Assembly (NCBI RefSeq): GCF_046105845.1
Contig: NZ_CP151004.1
Direction: 5' to 3' (one strand)
DNA: 64,000 bases
From: Escherichia coli
GTDB taxonomy: Bacteria > Pseudomonadota > Gammaproteobacteria > Enterobacterales > Enterobacteriaceae
Shown: positions 8,904-17,398 of the stretch, in pieces
Layout: each line of letters starts with the position of its first letter
Position numbering within the stretch: the stretch's first letter is position 1
Made by a program: the position numbers and the translations under genes
The notes under the pieces: generated by a model
Seen by the model: the letters and a program-made list of their open reading frames with translations, nothing else
Told to the model about the DNA's origin: nothing
The model's database searches: none

Positions 8904-9569
8904 TTAACGCAGGCTTTGCGGCAGCAGTTCATCTACCAGTACATTCAGCCAGTGGTGTAGCCCCCACCAGACGCCCGCCAGTAGCAGCGCCAGTGTTACC
9001 AGCCAGAAAAACGGCGAATGCAGCAAAGGGTGCTGACGGGTGGATAACGGCACGTTCAGTACCGCCGTTTCCGGCAGCACGCCAAATGGCGCGACCTGCC
9101 CGTTGAGCGTCGAAATAAGCTGGTCGCGCTCCGGGGCCACCGGATCCTGATAACGCCCGCGAAATCCCAGCAGCAGGACACGGTGAAAGCAGGTCAGCAC
9201 AGCCTGTGCAGGTGCGGGCTCCTGCAACACCTGCTTCATCCGTTCGTACAGCAGCTCGCCTGCCTGCAGGGTGTTGAAGAAATGCGACTGGAGTGGATCC
9301 TTCATCCAGATGGCCTGACCGTCGTCCATGCCGCCACGGCTCAGGACCGTTTCGTCCAGCAGGGCGCACTGTGCGTAAGTTATGTGCTCCACGCTCTCCC
9401 GGCTGAACCCGGCATCTTTCAGGCGTTCGCGGACCCCTTCCACCTGCCGCTGGCAGTGGCGATACAGCTCCATACCGTGACGCACGGTGGTTCCCTGACG
9501 CAGTTCCACCACCGTCAGAAACGTGTCGCGCAGCAGCGCGTCGATATTGATATCCGTCTCTTTTTTCAT
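8904..9569 (-). CDS. tssL: T6SS membrane-complex protein TssL (DotU family)
   Basis: 221-aa ORF with a DotU-like cytoplasmic domain and a C-terminal transmembrane segment (FFWLVTLALLLAGVWWGL). Start overlaps the tssK stop by 4 bp. Confidence 0.85.
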   Translation of the reverse strand: MKKETDINIDALLRDTFLTVVELRQGTTVRHGMELYRHCQRQVEGVRERLKDAGFSRESVEHITYAQCALLDETVLSRGGMDDGQAIWMKDPLQSHFFNTLQAGELLYERMKQVLQEPAPAQAVLTCFHRVLLLGFRGRYQDPVAPERDQLISTLNGQVAPFGVLPETAVLNVPLSTRQHPLLHSPFFWLVTLALLLAGVWWGLHHWLNVLVDELLPQSLR

Positions 9570-10903
9570 GTGCGCAGCACCGCAAACAGTTCAGGTTTCA
9601 GGTCGCCCATGGTTCCCGGCGCATAAATCATGCAGCACCCGGACTCCAGCATCGATTTGGCCGCGTCACTGTGCATATCCAGCGCAAAATACTGGTTCTC
9701 CAGTCGCAGCGGCAGCGCCGCCGGAACTGAGGTCAGTGGCACCAGTGAAACACCGTTCAGCGCCACATTGATAAGCAGCGTGACGTCATCAGGCGCACCG
9801 ATTTTGCAGACCAGCGGTAGCTGGTGCAGTACCTGATGTGCCGGCAGAGAGGAACGAACGGACAGGTAAAAATCGGCCTCTTCCCGCAGGCGCGGATCGT
9901 GCAGGTCTGCTTTCCAGCGGTTGCCCGGCAGGGACGCCAGCTCCAGTGCGATCACCCGTGACGGCAGGCTGGCTTCCAGCAGTTCGCTGAGCAGGGAGAA
10001 CAGTGGCGGAAAGACGGTGGACGGCGATTCGTGGACATAGGGCGGAACGGCGCTGACGTTATGTTCAAGGGAAAACGTCAGCAGCGCTCCGGCAAGCCTC
10101 GCCAGCTCCCGCCAGACCAGTTCGGGATGAACTGCCGGGTAGCGCAGGAAATCTCTCAGTACCGGCTCAGCAGAATTCAGCGCGTTAAGCAGCCAGAACA
10201 GGGAGACATCGGCGATGGCGAAGTCCGCCATACGCTGGTTGCTTTCCCGGCGCATCGCCATCAGACGCTGACATTTGGCCCGTAGCTGCAACAGCAGCGT
10301 GTCCAGACGCTGTACCAGTCCGTCATGGGCGTTAAACGCCAGTAACGGTGGAATGTAATCGCCGTCCTGCGTCCAGTTGCCCTGAACATCCCGCACCAGA
10401 CGCGCCAGTGGGCAGGTGATGTAATCCTGATTGTTATCATGGACAAAGCGCAGGGACAGCGCATGACGCTCAACGGCCATATCTTCACTGTCACTGCCGT
10501 AGATATCCTGCACCTTTTGCCATTCCTGACGATAGCGTAGCGGTCTTTCAGTCTGCTCACCCTGACCGAGATTACCGCCGTTACCATGGGCAAGCGGCAG
10601 CGCCAGCAGAACAACCGCGCTGTCGTTCGTCAGCGCGTGCAGATCGCAGGCGAGAGGCAGAACATCGCTCACATCTGAATCGATCAGCGTGCCATCAGCA
10701 AAACGCAGGCGTACTGCCTGCGTTTTCAGCTTTCCGGACGTCAGGGCATCGCGGTCAAAGAGCACATTCGCGATCCCCCACGGATGACGAATACAAAGTT
10801 GCGCAATGCTGTCATTGCTGAACGCTTCCCAGCGGGCCTGCTGCTGAAACTGCTGAGAGGACAGGAATGTCCCCTCAGCCCACAGTGGTCGATGAATTTT
10901 CAT
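9566..10903 (-). CDS. tssK: T6SS baseplate protein TssK
   Basis: 445-aa ORF with a typical TssK N-terminus (MKIHRPLWAEGTFLSSQQFQQQ), positioned between tssC and tssL. Confidence 0.85.
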   Translation of the reverse strand: MKIHRPLWAEGTFLSSQQFQQQARWEAFSNDSIAQLCIRHPWGIANVLFDRDALTSGKLKTQAVRLRFADGTLIDSDVSDVLPLACDLHALTNDSAVVLLALPLAHGNGGNLGQGEQTERPLRYRQEWQKVQDIYGSDSEDMAVERHALSLRFVHDNNQDYITCPLARLVRDVQGNWTQDGDYIPPLLAFNAHDGLVQRLDTLLLQLRAKCQRLMAMRRESNQRMADFAIADVSLFWLLNALNSAEPVLRDFLRYPAVHPELVWRELARLAGALLTFSLEHNVSAVPPYVHESPSTVFPPLFSLLSELLEASLPSRVIALELASLPGNRWKADLHDPRLREEADFYLSVRSSLPAHQVLHQLPLVCKIGAPDDVTLLINVALNGVSLVPLTSVPAALPLRLENQYFALDMHSDAAKSMLESGCCMIYAPGTMGDLKPELFAVLRT

Positions 10904-10920
10904 ATCACACCACTTCCCGG

Positions 10921-12459
10921 TCAGGCTTTCGCTTTCGGCATCTGGGAAACCAGTGACAGGTTGATATCCATCCCTTCAATCTGGAAATGCGGCACGGCAA
11001 AGAGTCTGACGCGGAAGAAGCCCGGATTGTCCTCAATATCTTCCACGATAACCTTGCCGTCGCGCAGCGGGTGAGACGCCTGCAGTTCATCACCCGGATC
11101 GGTCATCTCCGTCACCAGTGTGCGGATCCAGGTGTTCAGTTCCAGTTCCAGTACGCGGCGGTCTTTGGTGGTACCGATATTCTCGCGCTGGATGATTTTC
11201 AGGTAATGCGCAATGCGGGACAGCAGGAAGATATAGGGTAAACGGGCGTTAATACGGCTGTTGGCAGTGGCATCAGCGGTATCATACAACGCCGGTTTCT
11301 GGGCAGAGTTTGCCGAGAAGAAGCAGGCGTAATCGCGATTCTTATAATAAGAGAGCGGAATAAAGCCAAGGTTGGCAAATTCAAATTCGCGGGTTTCCGG
11401 GATCATCACTTCGGACGGAATTTTGACCTGATTGCCGGTGCCGAGATCGTAAAGATGGATGGGCAGATCGGTCACTGCGCCACCTGCCTGTGGACCACGG
11501 ATCTGCACACACCAGCCATTATTCACAAAGCTCTTCACCATATTGGCGGCAAAAGCGAACGAGGCGTTTGTCCACAGGTACTTTTCGTGATCCGGACCTT
11601 TGACTTCTTCCACATAGTTAAAGCTGCGTACCGGCACCGTGTCCGGCCCGTACGGCAGACGCCCCAGTACGCGCGGCATCACTAATCCCACATAGCGACT
11701 GTCATCCGTATCGCGGAACGATTTCCATTTAATATATTCTGCGCGGTCAAAGTAGTTGCCGATATCTTTAATCGCGGCGACTTCTTCCATCGAATTTTTA
11801 AGGAAGAATTTCGGCCCGACAGAACCTATAAATGGCATATGGGAAGCGGCAGACACTCTGGAAATATTGCGCAGCAGGGCAATATCCTGCGGGCTGTTAT
11901 CAAATTCATAGCTGGAAATTAATGAGGCAACAGGTTCGCCACCCGGCGTATCGTACTCCTGAATGTATGTATGACGATATAAACCGCTCTGAATGATTTC
12001 CGGGGAGTCGTCGAAATCCTGACGCAGATGCTCTTTGCTGATATCCAGCAATTCAATTCTGACATTTTTGCGAAAATCAGTGCGCTGTACGACGAACCAT
12101 GTGCCGCGCCACAGCGACTCGACTTTCTGGAATTCAGGATGGTGCATTACCGCATCAAGCTGCTTACTGATTTTCTGATCCAAATCGTCGATATGAAAAT
12201 CCAGCAGGCTCTTGTCGAGCTTGACCACGTTCTCGCCTGATTTCGCCAGACAGGAAAGCAGAACGTGAATCGCCGCTGTCACGCGCTCATCGGGTGAGGC
12301 ATCCGCCAGTGTTTCGCTGTTTTGCCATAAATCTATTTCCTGAATGGAAGACACCGGGGTTAAATTAATTTTATCAAACAGGGACTGATAAACGCCGCCG
12401 GACTCAGTGGTGGTCAGTGTTGCAGTTTCAGAGGTGGCATGTTCTTGTTGTACAGACAT
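10921..12459 (-). CDS. tssC: T6SS contractile sheath large subunit TssC (VipB)
   Basis: ORF of 512-514 aa with TssC-like sequence. I place the start at the third Met (12459) because AAGGAA sits 6 nt upstream; the ORF track starts at 12465. Confidence 0.9.
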   Translation of the reverse strand: MSVQQEHATSETATLTTTESGGVYQSLFDKINLTPVSSIQEIDLWQNSETLADASPDERVTAAIHVLLSCLAKSGENVVKLDKSLLDFHIDDLDQKISKQLDAVMHHPEFQKVESLWRGTWFVVQRTDFRKNVRIELLDISKEHLRQDFDDSPEIIQSGLYRHTYIQEYDTPGGEPVASLISSYEFDNSPQDIALLRNISRVSAASHMPFIGSVGPKFFLKNSMEEVAAIKDIGNYFDRAEYIKWKSFRDTDDSRYVGLVMPRVLGRLPYGPDTVPVRSFNYVEEVKGPDHEKYLWTNASFAFAANMVKSFVNNGWCVQIRGPQAGGAVTDLPIHLYDLGTGNQVKIPSEVMIPETREFEFANLGFIPLSYYKNRDYACFFSANSAQKPALYDTADATANSRINARLPYIFLLSRIAHYLKIIQRENIGTTKDRRVLELELNTWIRTLVTEMTDPGDELQASHPLRDGKVIVEDIEDNPGFFRVRLFAVPHFQIEGMDINLSLVSQMPKAKA

Positions 12460-12517
12460 CAGCATTTCCTTTTCAGTGATCCTTTCTTCTCCGGTTTAAC
12501 CTGAATATCACTTCGGG

Positions 12518-13018
12518 TTAAACGTTCTCCTGCGGCGCAATTTTCGCCAGTTCATCACGCAGTTCTGAACTGAGCGTTGGGTCTTTCAGGATATTTTCCA
12601 GTTCACGGCGAAACGTTGCGTTATCCAGCAGATTGGATTTGAGGTCACGTAATAAATTGCGCATAGCGAGTAATACACGAAGCTGTGGGATATTTTTTGC
12701 TACCTGTTCGGGTTCAAAATCTTTCAGGCTTTTAAATTCAAGCGCGATATTTTGTTCATTACCGCTTCCGCTTAGTGTGTCTTCTACTGTTAAATTAACC
12801 GCAGGCGAAAACTCAGCCATGACACTGTTGAAGTTGTTTTTATTGATATCAATCTTGTCCCGTTCGGACAGCGGACGTTGCTCTTTTCCGTTACTGTAAT
12901 CGCCAACAGCAAGAAGCTTGAGGGGGAGTTCAACTTTCTTTTTAGCATTGCCTGTATGCAGGTCAAGCTTGATATTTACACGAGCGGCGGGAACTTCATT
13001 CTGGAAACTGTCGGCCAT
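12518..13018 (-). CDS. tssB: T6SS contractile sheath small subunit TssB (VipA)
   Basis: TssB-like sequence (ARVNIKLDLHTG...ELPLKLLAVGDY). I place the start at the internal Met (MADSFQ) preceded by GAGGAAAAGG; the ORF track extends to 13045, which remains possible. Confidence 0.85.
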   Translation of the reverse strand: MADSFQNEVPAARVNIKLDLHTGNAKKKVELPLKLLAVGDYSNGKEQRPLSERDKIDINKNNFNSVMAEFSPAVNLTVEDTLSGSGNEQNIALEFKSLKDFEPEQVAKNIPQLRVLLAMRNLLRDLKSNLLDNATFRRELENILKDPTLSSELRDELAKIAPQENV

Positions 13019-13045
13019 ATCCTTTTCCTCATCATCCACTTTCAT

Positions 13046-13657
13046 CAGGAGTGCGAGATAATCACGCGTGTGACTATCCCATAAGGATTATGACTATATA
13101 AAGATAAAAAACAAGAACAAATATAGAGACAGAAATATCATTTATAATTGCTGTGAATAATTATACGTCTATCTCGAAATTATATTATTTGAGAACATCA
13201 TCCCATTTTTAGGCGTTTTAGCTGTTAAGCAGACGGTTAAACCTATACATGTGTATACATGCATGAAAATACTGAAAAACAACAAGATCCACATCACAAA
13301 AATTTATTTTTCAGAATGACGGAATTCATGTTTTTTTCGCAAATTATTCACCATGCAAATATTTAATTTTTTTCATGCTTAATAAAATATGATGTTTACT
13401 CATATGCCAACTATGCTACCTGTTGACGCCACACACCAATACACAAAACAAATGCAACAATCACAAACCATAAAAATAAAATATGATTTAGCTATAGTTA
13501 TCAACAAAATAACATCACCACCATTTATAATTTTACTATTGATAAAAAATAGAAACTACGATAAATAATAAAGCATTACTTACCAATCATTCTTTTAAAT
13601 GATTCTGGAATGCAGTCTCCACTGCATAATTGGGCTGTGTTTTTTAAGGAGCAAGTA
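13046..13657. promoter_or_regulatory. 612-bp strongly AT-rich divergent intergenic region upstream of tssB (minus) and an unknown gene (plus); presumed T6SS operon promoter region
   Basis: Unusually long, AT-rich non-coding stretch between divergent genes. One GATC (13286-13289). A GATAATCAC element at 13066-13074 resembles half a Fur box. No promoter hexamers could be assigned with confidence. Confidence 0.5.
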
Positions 13658-14599
13658 ATGCATACCATTCCTTATTATAGCAATAACACCTCTATGCCTG
13701 TCTGGGTTACTGTTAGCGAAGCAACTGATATTATCAATAAGTATACTAACAGCCATATTAAAGATTGTGACTTATGGCGTTATGCACTTTATGGTCACTT
13801 ACCTCTTTCAATTTATTTCCAGTCACAAATAAAGCTTAGAAAAATTTGCCTGAGCGGCGATGAAATCATGCTGGATAACATCGAAGAAAGCATTATTGAG
13901 AAGATAGCTCAGTTAAGTGATACGTGCATATACAATGGGAAAAATAAAATAATAAAGACAGAAGGTGACTATATTTCCCCAGAGCATCATATTATTGATA
14001 CACCATTAATTGGTCATGAATATATTGTATTACAAAGATTACTTGCTCACTCATTAAAAATACCAAAACCTATTACAGGACAGTATAATTCTCATTATGG
14101 TGTTGTCGTCCGTGAAAATGGAATAATTTATCAGGTCTTCGAATCAACTACACTGGAAAACAGAATAACCCAGCGCCTTCGCCATCTTTCAATCCCCGTT
14201 GCAACATACTTTTACGAATCAACAAAATCCCAGGATCTCAAACAGGCAGGAACCCGGTATTTCCCGGTTTATCATTTTCCTGACGATGCCTGGTTCGTTA
14301 TCAAACGCACTGCTCTTGAGCAATTCATAAATACTTTTCTCCCTCCCACTCATAAAAATACCCCTAAAAATGGAACCCGCATTTCTACACCGCTATCACG
14401 ATTTCTCTGGCTAGCGTGTAAGCACAATCATGATATTAGCGCACTGATGGGGCACCCCTACAAACTCCTCTCCGTGTTCGAAGAATGGGCCCGCTCCGAC
14501 GGTATCACTGAACGACTAAATGGAGATACGCTGAAAACCGCACTGGAACGCGGTTCTCCGGTTTTAGCCTACCGTAACTCCGAATTAATGAAATCCTAA
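13658..14599 (+). CDS. hypothetical protein (313 aa), function unknown
   Basis: Long ORF. ATG at 13658 is preceded by AAGGAG at good spacing; the ORF track begins further upstream at 13610. I do not recognise a family. Transcribed divergently from the T6SS operon. Confidence 0.6.
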   Translation: MHTIPYYSNNTSMPVWVTVSEATDIINKYTNSHIKDCDLWRYALYGHLPLSIYFQSQIKLRKICLSGDEIMLDNIEESIIEKIAQLSDTCIYNGKNKIIKTEGDYISPEHHIIDTPLIGHEYIVLQRLLAHSLKIPKPITGQYNSHYGVVVRENGIIYQVFESTTLENRITQRLRHLSIPVATYFYESTKSQDLKQAGTRYFPVYHFPDDAWFVIKRTALEQFINTFLPPTHKNTPKNGTRISTPLSRFLWLACKHNHDISALMGHPYKLLSVFEEWARSDGITERLNGDTLKTALERGSPVLAYRNSELMKS

Positions 14600-14699
14600 C
14601 TTAGAGTCCAGAAATCCTTACTTAGAGGTCTGCTGCTTTCCTTCGGTAGGTCTGATGATGTTGAATTGACTAGCACATCATCAACTACCGGAGGATAAA

Positions 14700-14885
14700 A
14701 TGACGTCACAACGATTTCTGCGGCTGGCACAGGTTATGGATAAAACCGGACTGAAACGCTCACAGGTCTATGCTTATATGAAAACAGGGGATTTCCCAAA
14801 ATCCGTCAAAATTGGCCCGTCCAGCGTAGCATGGCTGGAATCGGAAATTGACGAATGGATCAATACAAAAATAAATAACCGCTAA
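14700..14885 (+). CDS. AlpA-family phage/island transcriptional regulator
   Basis: 61-aa ORF (MTSQRFLRLAQVMDKTGLKRSQVYAYMKTGDFPKSVKIGPSSVAWLESEIDEWI) matching the small AlpA/MerR-like HTH family. GGAGG SD. Confidence 0.8.
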   Translation: MTSQRFLRLAQVMDKTGLKRSQVYAYMKTGDFPKSVKIGPSSVAWLESEIDEWINTKINNR

Positions 14886-14924
14886 TGTAGTATTCTCATT
14901 ATTAGTTTGTTTGAGGTCATTAAT

Positions 14925-15719
14925 ATGAACGATGATCACGGTATTCTTATGCCTGTCGCACTAAATCAGCTACGGGCATTTGATTTAAATCCACGCCTTA
15001 CCAAAAATCCAGAATATGATGAAATTAAAGAATCGATTCGCAACCGCGGGCTGGATTATCCGCCACAAATAACACAACGTCCGGGAGAATCTTTTTATAT
15101 TATTGCCAATGGAGGTAATACCCGGCTGGCAATACTCAACGAGTTATGGCTGGAAACTCACGATAAAAAATACTGGAATATTGTCTGTCATTTCTGGAAG
15201 TGGCATACAGACTGGAGCATTGAAGAAGGTAATTTACACTGCCTGCTTGGTCATCTCGTAGAAAATGATAAACGCGGTTCACTGACATTTATTGAACGGG
15301 CATTAGGGGTTCAAAGTGCAATAAACCTGTATCAAAGTATCCGGGGAAGCTCACAAAGAGATCTGGTACAAATGCTCTGTCAGGCGGGATATCCAGTATC
15401 CACCACGAAACTAAGTATTATGTCCGCGACTATCACATTTCTTTTACCCTATATTCCGGAAGCACTTTACGGTGGTCTGTCGAGACGTATTATCGATAAA
15501 TTGCTGGCACTTCGTTCCAATACGCTAAAATTCTGGGACAACTTCTGCCAGACGTTGCCTCCCGAAAAGGAACAGCAACTCCCTCTATTTGACGATATTT
15601 TTGCTATGGCCCTGACTCCCTTTAATGAACCGATGACAGGTTTTTCACTGGAGCATATTCAGGATGAGCTGACAGGGATTATCAGCAAGACACTTAATGT
15701 GGACTCTGCCCAGCGATAA
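14925..15719 (+). CDS. ParB/sulfiredoxin-like N-terminal domain protein (putative)
   Basis: N-terminal region (LNQLRAFDLNPRLTKNPEYDEIKESIRNRGLDYPPQI...IIANGGNTRLAIL) resembles the ParB N-terminal domain pattern. Start taken at ATG 14925 (GAGG 8 nt upstream); the track ORF starts at 14907. Confidence 0.5.
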   Translation: MNDDHGILMPVALNQLRAFDLNPRLTKNPEYDEIKESIRNRGLDYPPQITQRPGESFYIIANGGNTRLAILNELWLETHDKKYWNIVCHFWKWHTDWSIEEGNLHCLLGHLVENDKRGSLTFIERALGVQSAINLYQSIRGSSQRDLVQMLCQAGYPVSTTKLSIMSATITFLLPYIPEALYGGLSRRIIDKLLALRSNTLKFWDNFCQTLPPEKEQQLPLFDDIFAMALTPFNEPMTGFSLEHIQDELTGIISKTLNVDSAQR

Positions 15720-15916
15720 CGGGATGGCCAGATTTGCGCCGGTGATATATTCAATGCCTCCGCAATCAACCGCTCACCTTTCGGCCAGTGGCTCCTGAGT
15801 GCATTTGCCAGCGTACCGGAGGCCAGCCCGGCTTTGCGGGAAACCGCTGCCAGCGACGTTCCCTGTTTTTTCAGTGCCGCGATAATATCTGCGGGGTGCC
15901 AGTCCTGCTGCATCAT
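15659..15916 (-). CDS. Ner/Nlp-family small DNA-binding protein
   Basis: Sequence from the internal Met (MMQQDWHPADIIAALKKQGTSLAAVSRKAGLASGTLANALRSHWPKGERLIAEALNISPAQIWPSRY) resembles Ner/Nlp (SfsB-like) regulators. ATGA overlap with the integrase stop; GGGAGGG SD. Confidence 0.7.
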   Translation of the reverse strand: MMQQDWHPADIIAALKKQGTSLAAVSRKAGLASGTLANALRSHWPKGERLIAEALNISPAQIWPSRYRWAESTLSVLLIIPVSSS

Positions 15917-17137
15917 ACTGCCCTCCCACAAACCAGCCGTTCGGACGGGATACCACATACACGCTGGCTCCACCACGCCATCACGTCGGTTCTCTGCTCA
16001 AGATAGGTCGAGCGGTTATAAGCGGCGCGCGTCTGATTAGTATCCGCATGAGCCAGTACAGCTTCTATCACATCAGGGGAAAATCCGGCCTCATTCAGCG
16101 TGGTGCTACCCAGCGCCCGGAAACCATGTGACACCAGCTCCCCGCAATACCCCATACGCCGTAGTGCCTTATTGACCGTTTCGCTATTCATTGGTTGCGA
16201 GGGCTTAACCCGACCCGGAAACAGGAACGGCGAGTGTCCACTTATCGGTTTAAGTTGCTCCAGTATCCACAGCATTTCATCAGTCAGGGGCACCAGATGC
16301 TCACGGCGTTTTTTCATACGCTCAGCCGGAATAGTCCATAGCTTTTTCTCCGTATCAATCTCACGCCACATGGTGCCTGACGCTTCTCCGGGGCGCACCA
16401 GCGTCAGCAACTGCCACTTAATCAGATAACGAGTCATCAGCGATAGATTGGTGGTTTCAATCCGCTGTACCAGCTCCGGCAGGCGTTCCGGGCGGATAGA
16501 CGCCATATGCTGTTTTTTCGGCTTCTCAAAGACCTTACCGATGGTCGAGGCTGGATTCGCATCAAGCAGGCCGGAATTGACAGCAAATACCATCACTTCG
16601 TTGATACGCTGGGTTAGACGACGCAGGGTTTCCAGCGCACCTCGTGCCCGGACCGGCTCAAGGGCGGCAATCAGAGTATGTGCTTTCAATTCAGCTACCG
16701 GCATCTGTCCGATTGACGGAAGAACATCCCGTTCCATCGAACGCCAGATATCATCTGCATGCACTTCTGAAATGCCACTGGTCTTTTTAATAGCAAACCA
16801 TCTTGTCGCCACATTGATAAACAGGCTGTCGATTGCTTTCTTTTCCTGTTCTGCGGCTTCCTGCTCCAGCTTTTTCGGATCTACACCCTGAGCCAGCAGA
16901 CCAAGATATTCATCATGTACTGCGGGCAGCAGCAAGAGTTACAGCAGGATAATAACCCAGCGTGATATTGGTACGGGCAGTGGAGTTTGGACGCTGGTAA
17001 CGAAAACGCCAGATTTTCTTCCCGGAAGTACGAACAGAAAGCGTCAGACCATGCCCGTCAGGCAGGTCGTAATCTTTATCGGCGGGTTTTGCTTTTTGTA
17101 CTGCGGCAGCAGTCAGCAGGCGGCGGGTAATGGTCAT
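15913..17137 (-). pseudogene. int: P4-type tyrosine integrase interrupted by a frameshift (N-terminal 74-aa ORF plus 340-aa C-terminal ORF in another frame)
   Basis: ORF 16913-17137 encodes a typical P4-integrase N-terminus (AVQKAKPADKDYDLPDGHGLTL...GYYPAVTLAAAR). ORF 15913-16935 encodes the rest, including the catalytic region (HGFRALGSTTL...LAHADTNQT...Y). The frames overlap at 16913-16935 next to a GGG run (16924-16926). Could also be a homopolymer sequencing error. Confidence 0.75.
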
Positions 17138-17220
17138 GATTTACTCCTCAGTTATCGTCAATGTTAAGCGACGAGGCTGACGTAATATCCTGTTCCACCA
17201 CCACTTTTTCAGCCATAAAC

Positions 17221-17280
17221 TCAGAAATGGCCTACGAAATTTGTCCTCTGGTCGCATAGGCCATTTCATGGGCCATTTTG
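17221..17280. repeat. cluster of short repeats AAATGGCCYA (one direct, two inverted) between integrase and aspV
   Basis: AAATGGCCTA at 17224-17233; TAGGCCATTT at 17256-17265; GGGCCATTTT at 17268-17277. Adjacent palindromes GGATACAGGAGTATCC (17285-17300) and AATTTGTCCT/AGGACAAATT (17236-17245 / 17304-17313). Confidence 0.45.
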
Positions 17281-17319
17281 CACCGGATACAGGAGTATCC
17301 AGCAGGACAAATTCAGACG

Positions 17320-17357
17320 AAAAAAAACCGTATCACCTTGATAGCGATACGGTTTTC
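17320..17357 (-). terminator. rho-independent terminator downstream of aspV
   Basis: On the minus strand: CCGTATC-loop-GATACGG hairpin followed by a run of eight T. Confidence 0.65.
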
Positions 17358-17398
17358 TTACTTCACAGGATGTATAAAAACACCCTGAAATTTGTAAG

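Larger units (their letters stand above)
1..17398. mobile_element. tRNA-Asp (aspV)-associated genomic island carrying a T6SS cluster; far boundary lies beyond window start
   Basis: Everything left of aspV is absent from the K-12 gene order as I recall it (dnaQ-aspV-yafT). A P4-type integrase remnant lies directly 3' of the tRNA. Composition is mosaic and AT-rich by eye at 1-1500 and 12500-14200. No second att repeat is visible inside the window. Confidence 0.65.

Noticed and set aside
13060-13080. A full Fur box at the tssB promoter
   Set aside because: Only one hexamer-like half site (GATAATCAC) is visible, not the 19-bp inverted-repeat consensus. Kept only as a low-confidence note.
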